A stretch of DNA of 64,000 nt from Felis catus (GCF_018350175.1 NC_058369.1:12278001-12342000), one strand, 5' to 3'; shown: positions 14,111 to 26,916, numbered from the stretch's first letter. A program made the numbers and translations. The notes: generated by a model not told the origin, from the sequence alone.

Positions 14111-14480
14111 AGGGGCACCTGGGTGGCTCAGTTGGTTGAGCATCTGACTGATCCTATGATCCCAGGTGGTGGGATCGAGCCCCATGTCAGGCTCTGTGCT
14201 GAGCATGGAGCCTACTTAGGACTCTCTCTCCTGGGGTGCCTGGGTGGCTCAGTTGGTTAAGCGTCCGACTTCAGCTCAGGTCATGATCTCACAGCTTGTG
14301 AGTTCGAGCCCCACGTTGGGCTCTGTGCTGACAGCTCAGAGCCTGGAGCCTGTTTCAGATTCTGTGTCTCCCTCTCCCTCTGCCCCTCCCCTGCTCTCAC
14401 TCTGTCTCTCTAAAATGAGTGTTTAAAAAAAAAAAAAAAAAGGATTCTCACTCTCTCCCTTTCCCTCTGTCCCATTCCCC
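14111..14480 (+). mobile_element. Can-SINE inserted inside an older Can-SINE
   Basis: First element breaks at about 14232 and resumes after the poly-A at about 14442. Confidence 0.8.
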
Positions 14481-16445
14481 CCAAAAAAGCAATGGGAAGC
14501 CACAAGAGGGATCTGAACATGATCAGATTTGTGTTCTAGAGTGGTGGCTCTGGATGCAGCAGGCAAAATGTACCGAGCATAGATGGGCGGAAGGGAGTGG
14601 ATCAGCTGGAAAGCGTAGTGGTGGTCTAGGTGCGGTGATCAAGGCTTTTAGCTGTCTTGAGTGCTTTATTAGTCTGTGTTCCATAAGGAAGTCATTTTAT
14701 TTTTTTAAATATTTTTTAAGTTTATTTATTTATTTTGAGAGAGCAAGAGAGAGAGTGCACCCAGGGGAGGGGCGGAGAGAGGAGGAGAGAGAAAGAATCC
14801 CAAGGAGGCTTCATGTTGACAGCGCGGAGCCCAACGCAGGACTTGAACCCACGAACCATGAGATCGTGACAGAAGCCGAAACCAAGAGTCAGACACTTAA
14901 CTGATTGAGCCGCCGAGGCACCCCAGGAAAAGTCATTTTAGGTATTTCCCACAGAGGATGTTTCATACGGGAGAATGAGTACAAAAGTATGCGAAAAACA
15001 GAATAGGCATATAAGGTCGCCTATAGATTAGTAACTGTAGGGAGCTTCAAGCGCTTCTAAGACTAAAGGTCAAAAGGGAAAAAGGTGTGGCCCAAAACCC
15101 AAAATCACTGGACCCTGAGCAGGAACCCGGAAGCCCGCTGTCCCCAGCCATTGCTGCTTCTGCCCATCATTAAAGCCACTGCTTTGTTCTTACCATGCCT
15201 GAGGTGCCCGCAGAAGCCTGAAAAAAAAAAAAAAAATGGCTTCACCTCTCCACCTGCCTTCCCACTTCTTTCTGACAGAACATGACAGGAAACCAATGGG
15301 CACGGGTGTCCATGAAATGGCATATGCAGGCTTCCAGCCTTGGTGTCAGAGCCTATAGAGACAAGGACAACAGAGACTCTCCTGCATCCTCTTGCCTGGA
15401 CACAGAGGCTTGGTGGTGTGAGTCCCACCCAGCCAGCGGCCTGGGATTCCCTCTTACTCCTGTAACCACCACACTGGGCAGTGATCCCCCCCTCCTGGGC
15501 CTCTCTCGCTGGACAGAGCTGCACTGTCCAACATGGCGGCCACCCGTCAGGTTGGCTGACTAAATTCAAATTAATTTAATTTAATTAATTAAATAAGATT
15601 AAAAATGCATCCCTCCATAGAATGTACAACACCAAGAGTGAATCTTACTGTAAACTATGGATTCTGGGAGATCACGATGTGTCAGGTTCAGCCGTTGTGA
15701 CAAATGTCCCACTGTGTTGTGGGATATTGATGGCGGTGGAGATGTGTGGGTGTAGCAGTGTGGGTACGTGGGAACTCTTTGTACTTTGTGCTCAGTTTTG
15801 CCGTGAACCCAAAATTACTCTAAAACCAATGTTTATTCATTTGTTTTGAAATTCATTCCTCAGTCTCACCGGTCACATTTCGAGGGCTCAGGTGTGGCCA
15901 GTGGCCACTGTATTGTCCAGTGCAAATGGGCCACATCTTCACAGAAAGTTCTCCAAAAGATGAGCTCTGCGGGGTCTGACCTGGTCTGGCCCATCTTCAT
16001 ACAACTGCTTGCAGCGTACTCTCTCAAAGCCTGGCTCTGCTGCTTTCCTCGGTAACTTCTTACCCGTTCAGAGATTAAAGAGGCAGACAGTTGAATCCCA
16101 TCCCTGCACTTCCAGCAAGTGTCTTTCGTTTCTGAGAGTGATAACCAACCCCAATAAACTGTCAGCCGTCAGCCCAAAAGTCCACATCTGAAGGTCCACC
16201 AACTTCAACCCAAGTGAGAACGAAACTTGCCAGAATTTCACTTCCTCGGCAGACTTTTCACATTAATCACCCGGCAATATGCCACATATAATTTCTAATG
16301 TATGCAGCTTATTTGTAATATCACCGGATTCCAAATTCCTCATGTCCTAAATGTTATCACTTCCAACACAAATTTCTGTGTGAAAAACGGGTGTCTTCAA
16401 ATCAGAAGACTGCTTATGTAGGACTTTAAAAAAGCAAGTTATTTG

Positions 16446-17570
16446 GGGCGCCTGGCTGGCTTAGTTAGTAGAGCATTTGGCTCTTGACCTTGGAGTTGTG
16501 AGTTCAAGCCCCATATTGGGTGTGGAGTCTCCTTAAAATTTTTTTTTTAATTTTTTAATTAAAATATTAAAGGTGCACCTGGGTTGCTCAGCTGGTTAAG
16601 TGTCCGACTTCAGCTTAGGTCACGATCTCCCAGTTTGTGAGTTCGAGCCCCGCGTTGGGCTCTCTGCTGAGCGCTCGGAGCCTGGAGCCTGTTTGGGATT
16701 CTGTGTCTCCCTCTCTCTCTGCCCCTCCTCTGCTCGCACTCTGTCTCTGTCTCCCTCTCAAAAATAAACATCAAAAAATGTTTTAAAAAGAGAAAATATT
16801 AAAAAGCAAATTATTTGATTAAAGGGAAAAAATTGAACTGAGAAGTAATTACTATTTTCACTCGACAAAATGAATTTCATTCCTCTGTCCTACAGAGAAT
16901 AAAAGGCCACAGCGGTGGGTCACAGAGTGATGGAAAAGAAGCAGGAGCATCTTTACAGCACATCAGAAGTGTGTGCACAAGACCAGAATAGCCTGCAAAA
17001 CGCTTCCACGCTAATGACGGTGTATCAAGATTTCATATTGGGGGTGGGGGGGGGACGGTGACGGGCGCCTGGGTGGCTCAGTGGGTTGGGCATCTCACTT
17101 CAGCTCAGGTCATGATCTCACGGTTCATGAGTTCAAGCCCCGTGTCGGGGGCTCAAACTCTGTGCTGACAGCTCAGAGCCTGGAGCCTGTTTCAGATTCT
17201 GTGTCTGCCCCTCCCCCACTCGCACTCTCTGTCTCTCTCTCTCAAAAATAAATTTAAAAAAAGATTTTGTATTGGAAAAGGTTAGCATATGCTATTGGTA
17301 ATTTACAGCCTGAAGAAAAAAAAGGGCATCAGTTCTCCTTTTTCAAAATCAGTTTTACCAACTTTTTTTTTTAATGTTTATTATTTTTGAGAGAGAGAGA
17401 CAGAGAGGAAACAGGGAAGGGGCAGAGAGAGGGAGACACAGAATCTGAAGCAGGCTACAGGCTCCGAGCTGTCAGCACAGAGCCCGATGTGGTGCTTAAA
17501 CTCACACACCGCGAGATCATGACCTGAGCTGTAGTCGGCCGCCCAACTGACTGAGCCACCCGGGTGCCCC
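16446..17570. mobile_element. Cluster of four Can-SINEs (three plus, one minus at 17363-17570)
   Basis: Repeated ggggcgcctgggtggctcag heads and A-tails. Confidence 0.85.
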
Positions 17571-17858
17571 TACCAACTTCTATTTATAAAACATTTTGGG
17601 GGCTAAGAGAAGAGCATCATGATTTGGGCCAGACTGTCACTGGCCTGTAGCTTCTAGCACTCAGATTTGTGGAGAAAAATCTCTGTGCACAGCAGGGAGG
17701 GAGCCCCAGGGAAAACCAGGCCGACCCCACTGAGAAGCATAGGAACATTTTCAAAGAAAATTGGACAGATTACCACATATGTTGATGTTTGCCCTTTTAA
17801 ATGTAGATTAAAGTAGAAGCAAGGTTTTACCCATCATCTTTATCTGAGGTGGGAATAA

Positions 17859-18002
17859 CTAGAATTCGTCCCTCCTGCGAAATCTCTGGAAACCTTTGTC
17901 GTGCCCACCAAACCTGCCCATCAGCAGCTCCTCCTCATCTTCCTCACGGGCCTTCTTCACTTCCTCCTTGGCCTGTATGGCATCCATCTCCCTTTCTGGG
18001 CC
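17859..18002 (-). CDS. CALR3: CALR3 exon 9, acidic C-terminus ending RRRDEF*
   Basis: Acceptor tttctccaag|; GPEREMDAIQAKEEVKKAREEDEEE; TAG at 17859-17861; KDEL-like ending. Confidence 0.95.
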   Translation of the reverse strand, partial: GPEREMDAIQAKEEVKKAREEDEEELLMGRFGGHDKGFQRFRRRDEF

Positions 18003-18117
18003 CTTGGAGAAAGAAACAGACACATGCGACATTAGCCGCTGGGGGTTGTGTTTCCAGGGAGTGGACTGGGGATCCACCTTCAGCCTGCCCTTGCCTTCTA
18101 CAAGCCTCCACACCGCC

Positions 18118-18604
18118 TGGGGGCAGCTTAGAAGAGCCCCCAAGGATGCCAGGCCTTAATCCCGGATCCTGTAAATGGGACCTTCTATGGGAAAAGGGTC
18201 TTTGCAAATATGATTAAGTTAAACATGTTGAGATAGGAAGATTATCCTGGGTCATCAAATGGACGCTAAAATCCATCACTAATGTCCTCATAGGAGACAG
18301 GGAGAGATTTGACACATACACAGAAGAGAAGACCACGTGAAGACAGAGGCAGAAACAGAGCCACATGGCCACAAACCAAGGGACACTAGGGGCCACCGGA
18401 GGCTGCAAGAGGCGAAGGAAGGATGCTCCCGCAGAGCCCTTGGAGGGCTGCTCAGCCTGCTCAGCCCTGCTGAGGCCTTGATTTCAGTCCACTGATAGTG
18501 ATTTTGGACTTCGGGCATCCAGACCTGTGAGATGATGAATCTGTGTTGTGTTAAGCCAGCCAATCTGCGGTAATCTGTTATAGTGGCCACAGGACACAAA
18601 TACA
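18118..18604 (+). mobile_element. MLT1-type (ERVL-MaLR) LTR
   Basis: Typical MLT1 sequence: ggaaaagggtctttgcaaatatgattaagttaa...gattatcctgg...gtgttgtgttaagcca...aaataca. Confidence 0.75.
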
Positions 18605-18839
18605 CCCATCCGCTTCCTTCTCTTCCCAGAGTACCTGGGCCCCTGTCCTTCAATCAGCTGAGCAGTGAATGGGTAGTGAAAGGAGTCCTCGGAACCTAAG
18701 TGAACAAAATCCAGGCTCATGTGATCAACACAAGGGTTAGCAGTGCAGACAACATCAAGAAGGTTCCCGTAGTCATTACTGAAAAAGAGTTTTGGTAAAG
18801 CTTTACAGGAGAAATCAGATTCAAGAAGAAATGGCTCCC

Positions 18840-19462
18840 TCACCATCAACAAAATGAAAAGGCAACCTGTTCAATGGGAGGAAATATTTGCAAATCATAT
18901 CTAATGAGAGGTTCATATCCAAAATATATAAAGAACTTATACACCTTAATAGCAAAAAAAAAAAAAAAAAAAAAATCTGATGGAAAAAACGGGCAGAGGA
19001 TCTGAATGGACATTTTCCAAAGAAGACATCCAGATGGCCCACAGACCAACAGGCCAACATAAAAAAATGCTCATTATCACTTATCAGGAAAATACAAATT
19101 AAAACCACAATGAGGTATCACCTCACACCTGTTAGAATGGCTATTATATATATTAAAAAAAAAAAAAACTAGATAAAAAGCGCTGGCCAAGGATGTGGCG
19201 CAAAGGGATCCCTCATACACTATTGGTGGGAATGTAAACTGGGGCAATCACTACAGAAAACTGTATGATGGCTCCCCCCAAATTAAAAACAGTAATACCA
19301 TATAATCCAGTAATTCCACTTCTGGGTATTTCTCTGAAGAAAACGAAAACACTGTCTCAAAAGGATATCTGCACCCCCATGTTTATTCCAGCATTATCTA
19401 CAATAGCCAAGACTAAGAGCAACCCAACTGCCCACCAACCAATGAATGGATAAAGAAAATGT

Positions 19463-19508
<46 letters not shown>

Positions 19509-19990
19509 GGAATATTACTTAGCCATAAAAGAGAATGAAATCTTGCCATCTGCAGCAACACGGATGGACCTTGAAGGCATTATGCTAAGTGAAATAAGTA
19601 AGATGAAGAAAGACAAATACCATATGATCTCACTTATATGTGGAATAATAATAAAAAAAAAAAAAAACCAAGCTCATAGATACAGAGAACAGGTTGGTGC
19701 TTATCAGACACGGTGGGGGGTGGGGAGTGAAAGAGGGTGCACAAAATGAGTGAAGGGGGTCAAAAAGTACAAACTTCCAGTTACAAAATATAAATAAGTC
19801 ATGGGGATGTCATGTGCAGCATAGACGATATAGTCAATAATACTGTAATAACTTTGTACGGTGACAGGTGTAGCTAGACTTATCATGGTGAACATTTCTT
19901 AACGTACATAAATGTTGAATCACTATGTTGTACTCCTGCAACCAATACAATATTGTACGCCAACTACACTTCAACTGAAGCAATAAATCA
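18840..19990 (+). mobile_element. L1 3' fragment (end of ORF2 plus 3'UTR) with internal poly-A runs and (CA)n
   Basis: ORF2 C-terminal remnants such as PYNPVIPLLGI and MEYYLAIKENEILP. Confidence 0.85.
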
Positions 19991-20366
19991 AACGCAAGCG
20001 GTTCACAAAAAAGGATATCCAAAGGGCCACGAAAGCCATAAAACAGGGCCAACCTTCATTTGTTACCAGGATAAGAAAACTAAAACTGGAAATACCCCTA
20101 CACGCCTAGAGAAACCCACAATCCCCGTGCTGGTTGAGGACGCGAGACAGCACAGCCCCCCTAGGAACAGCCTGGCAGGTTCTTCTGGGGTTAAACCCCT
20201 CTTGTAGGACCCACCTATTCCTGGCTATTTATGCCAGAGAACTGAAGGCCCGCATCCACACAGAAAAAAAACTGTTAAGTAAATATTCATAACAGCTTTG
20301 ATCATATGTCAAAAATTGGAAACACCCAATTGTCTGTCAACTGGTGAACAGATAAAACTACCAATG

Positions 20367-21342
20367 GGGTGCCTGGTGGGGGCTCAGTTGGTTAAGCATC
20401 TGACTCTTGATCTCGGTTCCGGTCATGAACTCACAGTTCGTGAATTAGCGCCCCGCGTTGGGCTCTGCGCTGACAGTGCGGAGCCTGCTTGGGATTCTCT
20501 CTCGCCCCTTCTCTCTGCCCCTCCCCCACTTCCTTTCTCTCTCAAAATAAATAAATAAACTTTGAAAAATTAAAAAAAATAAAACTACTGGGGCGCCTGG
20601 GTGGCTCAGTCGGTTAAGCGCCCGACTTCGGCTCAGGTCATGATCTCACAGTTTGTGGGTTTGAGCCCCACATCGGGCTCTGTGCTGACAGCTCAGAGCC
20701 TGGAGCCTGCTTCGGATTCTGTGTCTCCCTTTCTCTCTGCCCCTCCTCCGCTCATGCTCTGTCTCTCTCTGTCTCTCAAAAATAAATAAAGATTACAAAA
20801 ATAATAAAAATTAAAAAAAATAAAACTACCCAGCAATAAGAAGAAACCAATTACTGACTAATACCCCAAACCTGGCTCAATCTCAGACACATTATGCTTG
20901 AGGAGCAGGCTCAAAAAGACCACATGCTAGGTTACTCCATTTACACGACACTTCGAAAAGTTGAGGCTGTATAGTTGAGGCTATACCAGGTCAGTGGAGG
21001 CCTGAGGTGGGAGAGGGTTTGGCTCCAAAGGGCCCAAGGAGACTTTTGGGGATGATGATCCTGTTCTACGTCTGGTTCTTTTTTTTTTTTTTTTTTAACT
21101 TTTTTAATGTTTATTTTTGAGAGAAAGAGCATGAGTAGGGGAGGGGCAGAGAGAGAGGGAGACATAGAATTTGAAGCAGGCTCCAGGCTCTGAGCTGTCA
21201 GCACAGAACCTGATGCAGGGCTTGAACCCACAAACCATTATATCATGACCTGAGCTGAAGTCGGACGCTTAACTGACTGAGCCACCCAGGCACCCCTAGT
21301 TCATCCCATTTAAAAAAATTTTTTTTTAATGTTTATTTATTT

Positions 21343-21378
<36 letters not shown>

Positions 21379-21545
21379 CGTGAGCGGGGGAGGGGCAGAG
21401 AGAGAGGGAGACACAGACTCGGAAACAGGCCCTAGGCTCTGAGCTGTCAGCACAGAGCCCGACACGGGGCTCGAACTCACACACCATGAGATGGTGACGT
21501 GAGCCGAGGTCAAACGCTTAACCGACTGAGCCACCCAGGCCCCCC
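20367..21545. mobile_element. Four Can-SINEs (two plus, two minus) within old L1 sequence
   Basis: Canonical SINE heads and tails. Confidence 0.85.
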
Positions 21546-22253
21546 TACATCTGGATCTTTGTTGGTGGTTTCACAACTGTATGCGTTTATCAAAAGTCAT
21601 AGGCTTCCACACCAAAAAAGGATAAATCTTACAGTGTGCAAATTATGCTTCAGTAAATTTGACTTGTCAACAACTGACAATGATACCAAGCGTGGCCAAA
21701 GATGTGGCATAAACTGTAACTCTCAACCTCTGCAAAAGGAAACAGAAAAGAGGATGACACATTGAAAACTGTTGGGCCGTGTGGGACCTTGTGACCCAGG
21801 CTGTCCTGTCCCGGGCATGTGTCCACTGAAAGACACACACGGGAATGACGGTAACAGCTTTATTCGTGAGGCCACAAGCTGGAAGCAATCCAAAGCTGCA
21901 TCAACAGAGAACGGATATATACCTTCTGGAATATTCACACAGTAAGAATGAGCTGCTGCTGTATTCGATAATATGAACCTCACAGCACTGCCTGAATGAG
22001 TAACTATTGGATGGCTCCACTTACATGAATTTCAAAAGGAGGTCAAATGTACGGCAATGGGATAGTGGTTCTTTTTGGGGGCAGCTACCTGCAGGGAGGG
22101 GGTATGAGGAGGTTCCCAGAACGCTGGTAACATTCTGTACCTTGATCTGGGTGGGACGTTTACTAATAAAAATCCATCAAGCCTTTTCCTATATGTTAGA
22201 CTCAAGTACAGAAATAAATGAATGATGAACAAAAAGTTCATTGTGTGTCATAC

Positions 22254-22346
22254 CTTAGTTTCCCCCCAAGTGGCTTTGCCAAAATTCTCAGCATACTCTT
22301 CATCGTCTGTGATCAGGAAGTTATCGAAGATGGTTCCTGATCTCAC
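22254..22346 (-). CDS. CALR3: CALR3 exon 8 (VRSGTIFDNFLITDDEEYAENFGKATWGETK)
   Basis: SGTIFDNFLITDD motif; acceptor ccacag|, donor AAG|GTATGA; 93 nt. Confidence 0.96.
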
Positions 22347-22930
22347 CTGTGGATGAAAATAAGGCCTTCCTTATTGATGTGACGAATACAACAACTTTGC
22401 ACCAAGAAGCAATTGTATGTGGCTCAGGACCCTAACGGTGATTGGATTTCAACAGTAGCACGTGCCTAAACCCATTTCTGAAGCATCCCTTCCCTCCGAG
22501 GCACTGGTTCTCAAACTTAGAAACTCCTGATGCCTGGTGTCCCCCCCAGGGATGCTGACTTAACCGGTCTGGGGTGCTGCCTGGGCGTGGAGACTGAAGA
22601 GCACTCAAGGGACTCAAGCGCTTGCGATGTTCGCCCACCACTGCCCGAGAACTTGACTGTGCAAAGTCAGCCCGCAGTGTCAGCACCACCTGGGAGCTTG
22701 CTGGGGAGGCAGGATCTCGGTCTCCACCCTGGACACTCTGCTAGCATCAGAATCTGCAGTCTTGTCCTAAAGCTGATGGCCCCACAGGTCAACTCCAGGC
22801 TGAGGAGTGACAAATCCCCAGGGGGCAGGAGGCAGACGGGAAATGCAAAAAAAAAAAAGAAAAAAAAAAAAGGGCAGAAAGGATGTCTGTTTTGTTCATG
22901 TCTGAATTACGTCTTGAGTCCAGGTATGGG

Positions 22931-22994
22931 TACCAGGTACACAGTAGGAGCTCAAGGAATACCAGGCACACAGTAGGAGCTCAAGGAATACCAG
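22931..22994 (+). repeat. 29-bp tandem duplication (L2-tail-like unit)
   Basis: taccaggYacacagtaggagctcaaggaa twice, then taccag. Confidence 0.9.
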
Positions 22995-23047
22995 CTATGC
23001 GAATGCAGGAGTTTAGGCTGAAGCTGAGAGTTATCAAACTGCAGCAA

Positions 23048-23065
23048 ATTTATTTATTTATTTAC

Positions 23066-23105
<40 letters not shown>

Positions 23106-23132
23106 TCAGCGGGGGAGGGGCAGAAGGGGGGA

Positions 23133-23204
<72 letters not shown>

Positions 23205-23329
23205 CCCAAATAGGCTCCATGCTCGGGGGCTGAGCCCGACGCATGGCTCTATCCCACGACCCCGGGATCATGACCTGAGCTGAAATCAAGAGTTGGACGC
23301 TCAACTTCCTGAGCCACCCAGGCGCCCCC
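23048..23329 (-). mobile_element. Can-SINE with (TTTC)n and (GA)n expansions
   Basis: Ends gagccacccaggcgcccc on the plus strand. Confidence 0.85.
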
Positions 23330-23358
23330 GTGTGATAGCAAATTTAAAACCAAGTAAC

Positions 23359-23490
23359 CTGCCAAAGCTCCAGTCCAATGGCACCAATGTTCTCAAATTC
23401 TGAGAGGTCGTACTCCGTCAAATAATGGGTGTTTTTCAGCTTCTGATGGAGCCAAACGTCTTTGTCTATACCCTCTGGTTTCAGGCCATC
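23359..23490 (-). CDS. CALR3: CALR3 exon 7 (DGLKPEGIDKDVWLHQKLKNTHYLTEYDLSEFENIGAIGLELWQ)
   Basis: IGxxGLELWQ motif; acceptor gttgcag|, donor CAG|GTTACT; 132 nt; follows a 95-nt intron. Confidence 0.95.
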
Positions 23491-23585
23491 CTGCAACAAC
23501 AGAACCTAAGTGCGGGTCCGGAGGGACGCAGGCGGAGGCGGGGGAGGGCCATCCTGGGGCGTCGCAGGAAGAAGACACCACCCAC

Positions 23586-23693
23586 CTGGTACGGAGGCTT
23601 CTGCAGCATCGGCGCCTGCCAGTCCCCGTCCAGTTCGCTGTTCCAGTCGCTTGGCTTACTGGCACTGGCATCCAGAAAATGCTTCTCCCAGTC
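23586..23693 (-). CDS. CALR3: CALR3 exon 6 (DWEKHFLDASASKPSDWNSELDGDWQAPMLQKPPYQ)
   Basis: P-domain-like repeat; acceptor catggtaag|, donor CAG|GTGGGT; 108 nt. Confidence 0.93.
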
Positions 23694-24011
23694 CTTACCA
23701 TGTGTAAGGAAAAAAACAATCAAATCTCAGATTTGAGAAAAGAAATTCTTAGCTACCTGGAGGCAGGAGCAGGCCCATGGGCCCATTATGCATGGGCCCA
23801 TTGCAGGCTGTCAAATCATAATTTGCCCATCAATTTGGTGATCAAAGGGCCAAGTGCTCAGGGTTCTCAGTCCCACCGAGGATGTCAAGGCCCCACGCTG
23901 CCCGGATTTTCTCCCTAAGCCTTGGCATGATCACACCGCCCTTCCCAAACTGGTGAGGAACAACAGTCTGGAAAACTCAACATAGTGGCTAAACTTAAAA
24001 ATGTTGGGACA

Positions 24012-24230
24012 GGGGCGCCTGGGTGGCTCAGTCGGTTGAGCATCCGACTTTGGCTCAGGTCATGATCTCACAGTCCGTGAGTTCGAGCCCCGCGTTGGGC
24101 TCTGTGCTGACAGCTTAGAGCCTGGAGCCTGCTTCGGATTCTGTGTCTCCCTCTCTCTCTGGCCCTCCCCTGTTCATGCTCTGTCTCTCTCTGTCTCAAA
24201 AATAAATAAAAAAAAAAATTAAAAAAAAAA
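24012..24230 (+). mobile_element. Can-SINE with target-site duplication
   Basis: aaaaatgttgggacag on both sides. Confidence 0.92.
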
Positions 24231-24419
24231 TGTTGGGACAGAAGTGATGTTGGGGGGAAGGGGCCACACAGTCACTGCTGGTTAGGTGGTCTGTCCTTCT
24301 ACATCACAGTCGTGCATGGAATGTTCCAGAGAGAGAGGCTGGACAACCAAGAAATGTTCCAGGATTTACCTGGGGATTGCTGGGTAGCAGGAGAAAAGCA
24401 GTTATGTTATTTAGACTTT

Positions 24420-24655
24420 ACACATATATTATATAAAATATATACATATGTATATTAACAGTCACAGTGTACACATATAAATATATGCATACACATACAT
24501 GCACATATGCATGCATATAATACATGCACACACGTGTATAATCCGTGTGTATAATAGATGTGGGCACACATATACACATACACATTAACACACATGCACA
24601 CTTGTATACACATATACACATGTAGACATGCACTCATATATATACACATATATCT
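24420..24655. repeat. Degenerate (TA/CA/TG) microsatellite
   Basis: Alternating purine-pyrimidine low-complexity tract. Confidence 0.85.
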
Positions 24656-24727
24656 GAGTCTCTATGTCTGTATGTGGCTCAGGAGGTGTTGAACAAATAT
24701 TTGTTGAATAAATAAATGGATGAGAAT

Positions 24728-26152
24728 GGGGCGCCTGGGTAGCTCAGTGGGTTAAGCGTCCGACTTTGGCTCAGGTCACGATCTCACGGTTCGTGAGTTC
24801 AAGCCCTGCGACAGCTCAGAGCCTGGAGCCCATTCCGGATTCTGTGTCTCTCTTTCTCTCTGCCCCTCTCCTGCTCTCACTCTATGTCTCTCTCTTTCAA
24901 AAATAAATAAACACTAAAAAAGACTTTATAAAAACATAAACGGATGAATAAAAGGTGCTATGGATTAATATTCAGATAAACATATAAAAACAGGGGCATC
25001 TGGGTGGCTTAGTTGGTTGAGCGTCTGACTCTTGATCTCAGCTCAGATCATGATTTAATGGTTTGTGGGTTTGAGCCCCGAGGTGGGCTCTGTGCTGACG
25101 TCACGGATCCTCTCTCTCCCTCTCTCTCTGTCCATCCCCTGCCTGTGTTCTCTGTCTCTCAAAATATATAAGTAAACTTTTAAAAAAACACATAAAAACT
25201 TAAAAGTTGTGTACAATGACATTTTCTCTTTTAGAATAACTGAAAAATTGTAACATTTTGCACTTAGACTGGGGCACCTAGGTGGCTCAGTTGGTTAAGT
25301 GTCTGACTTTGGCTCAGGTCATGATCTCACAGTTCGTAGGTTCGAGCCCCGCATCAGGCTCACTACTATCAACACAGAGCCCACTTGGGATCCTCTGTCT
25401 CCCTCTCTCCCTGCCCCTCCCCTGCTCACACGCACTCTTTCTCAAAAGTAACAAACAAACAAAAAAAGACTGGGGCTTTTTCATGATATGCAATATTTCT
25501 TAATGACTGACAGGTAGGACTTGGTGGCTCCCAGTCGGCTTTTTTGCTCCCACCTCAACTGGCAACACATGAGCCACTCTTGTGCTGGGACCAGGAAATG
25601 GTTACAATGCAATCCGAGTAGCCAGCTCCTTATAATTGCAGGCTGTCAAATCATAATGCCATAACGAACTAATTTGCTTAGGAGTTCACACAGAACTGAA
25701 CACATGGACAAAACACAGCCAGTTTGGAGGCCAGCTTCTGAGCGTATGATTAGGCTCCACCAGGGACCCACCTCAAGTACGCTCAGCCCTAAGGCACACA
25801 ACACTGCTAGCCCGCATCGTTGTAGCTCAGAGGCAGCCAGGACTTTCATCCTAAGACCTGTGTCCTCTCCTGCATAGCCAGAGGGCTGCAAGGTCAGTTT
25901 CTTCGCCATTCTGTGCCTTGTTTTTCTGTTTGCTTGTTTTTTAATTTTACTGTTTATTTTTTAGAGAGAGAGAGAGAGAGACAGAGGACAAGTGGGGGAG
26001 GGACAGAGAGAGAGGGAGACACAGAATCTGAAGCAGGCTCCAGGCCCTGAGTTGTCAGCACAGAGCCTGACGCAGGGCTCGAACTCACAAACCATGAGAT
26101 CATGACCTGAGCCGAGGTCGGACACTTAACCGACTGAGCCACCCAAGGGCCC
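24728..26152. mobile_element. Three plus-strand and one minus-strand Can-SINE
   Basis: Heads at about 24728, 24993 and 25270; antisense copy at about 25935-26152. Confidence 0.8.
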
Positions 26153-26500
26153 CTCTGCACCTTGTTTAAAGTAAGTGCTCTTTCCAGGTGAAAACTACTT
26201 TTTTGGTCTGTTTTTAAGGTAGTTCAGTAAGGGAGGGAGAAACTTTGCTCTTTTGCTTTAATGATTACATTGTCTATGACGACATACTTGATTATCAGAC
26301 AGCAATGCCACTGAGCAGGTTTAAGTTGCCAGAAATTAATCGTAAACACAGACATTAATTGCCGTACAGCAAAGACAACCGTCTTAAGGCAAATGGTTCA
26401 TGGGTTTGGAGTAGTGTTTGATGCTCAAAACAAAACATTGCGATAATAAATAAATGTAAACTAAACACAAAACAAAACAAAACAAAACAGAAGGTAGCTT

Positions 26501-26916
26501 GTAGTGGGCTGAGTGGTAGTTCTGGGTAAGGGTTTGTCCACGTCCAAAATCTCGGAATCTGGGAATGCAAGCTTATATTGAACAAAGGATCTTTGAAGAA
26601 GTAATTAAGTAAGGATCTCGAGGCACATCTTTCTGGATTATCCAGGTGGGCCCTAAGTCCAATGACAAATGTCTTTGTAAGAGTTAGGAGAGACACAAGA
26701 AGAAGAGGCCATGTGGGGTGGTGGGGCAGAGATTGAGGTCTACCAGCCAAGGAACTCCTGGAACCAACGGAAGCTGGAAGAAACAAGGAAGGATTGTCCC
26801 CAAGATCCTTCAGAGGGAGTGTTACCCTACTGATATCCTGGATTTCTGCCTTCTGCCCTCAAGAACCATGAGAGAATACATTTGTCCTTTTTTTTTTTTA
26901 ATGTTAATTTATTTTG

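Noticed and set aside
13715..22994. Short direct repeats (24 bp and 29 bp) as a CRISPR-like array
   Set aside because: Two unrelated two-copy tandem duplications without spacers, in a mammalian genome.
25500..25625. Possible small RNA with a T6 Pol III terminator
   Set aside because: No recognisable ncRNA family, promoter boxes or convincing fold.
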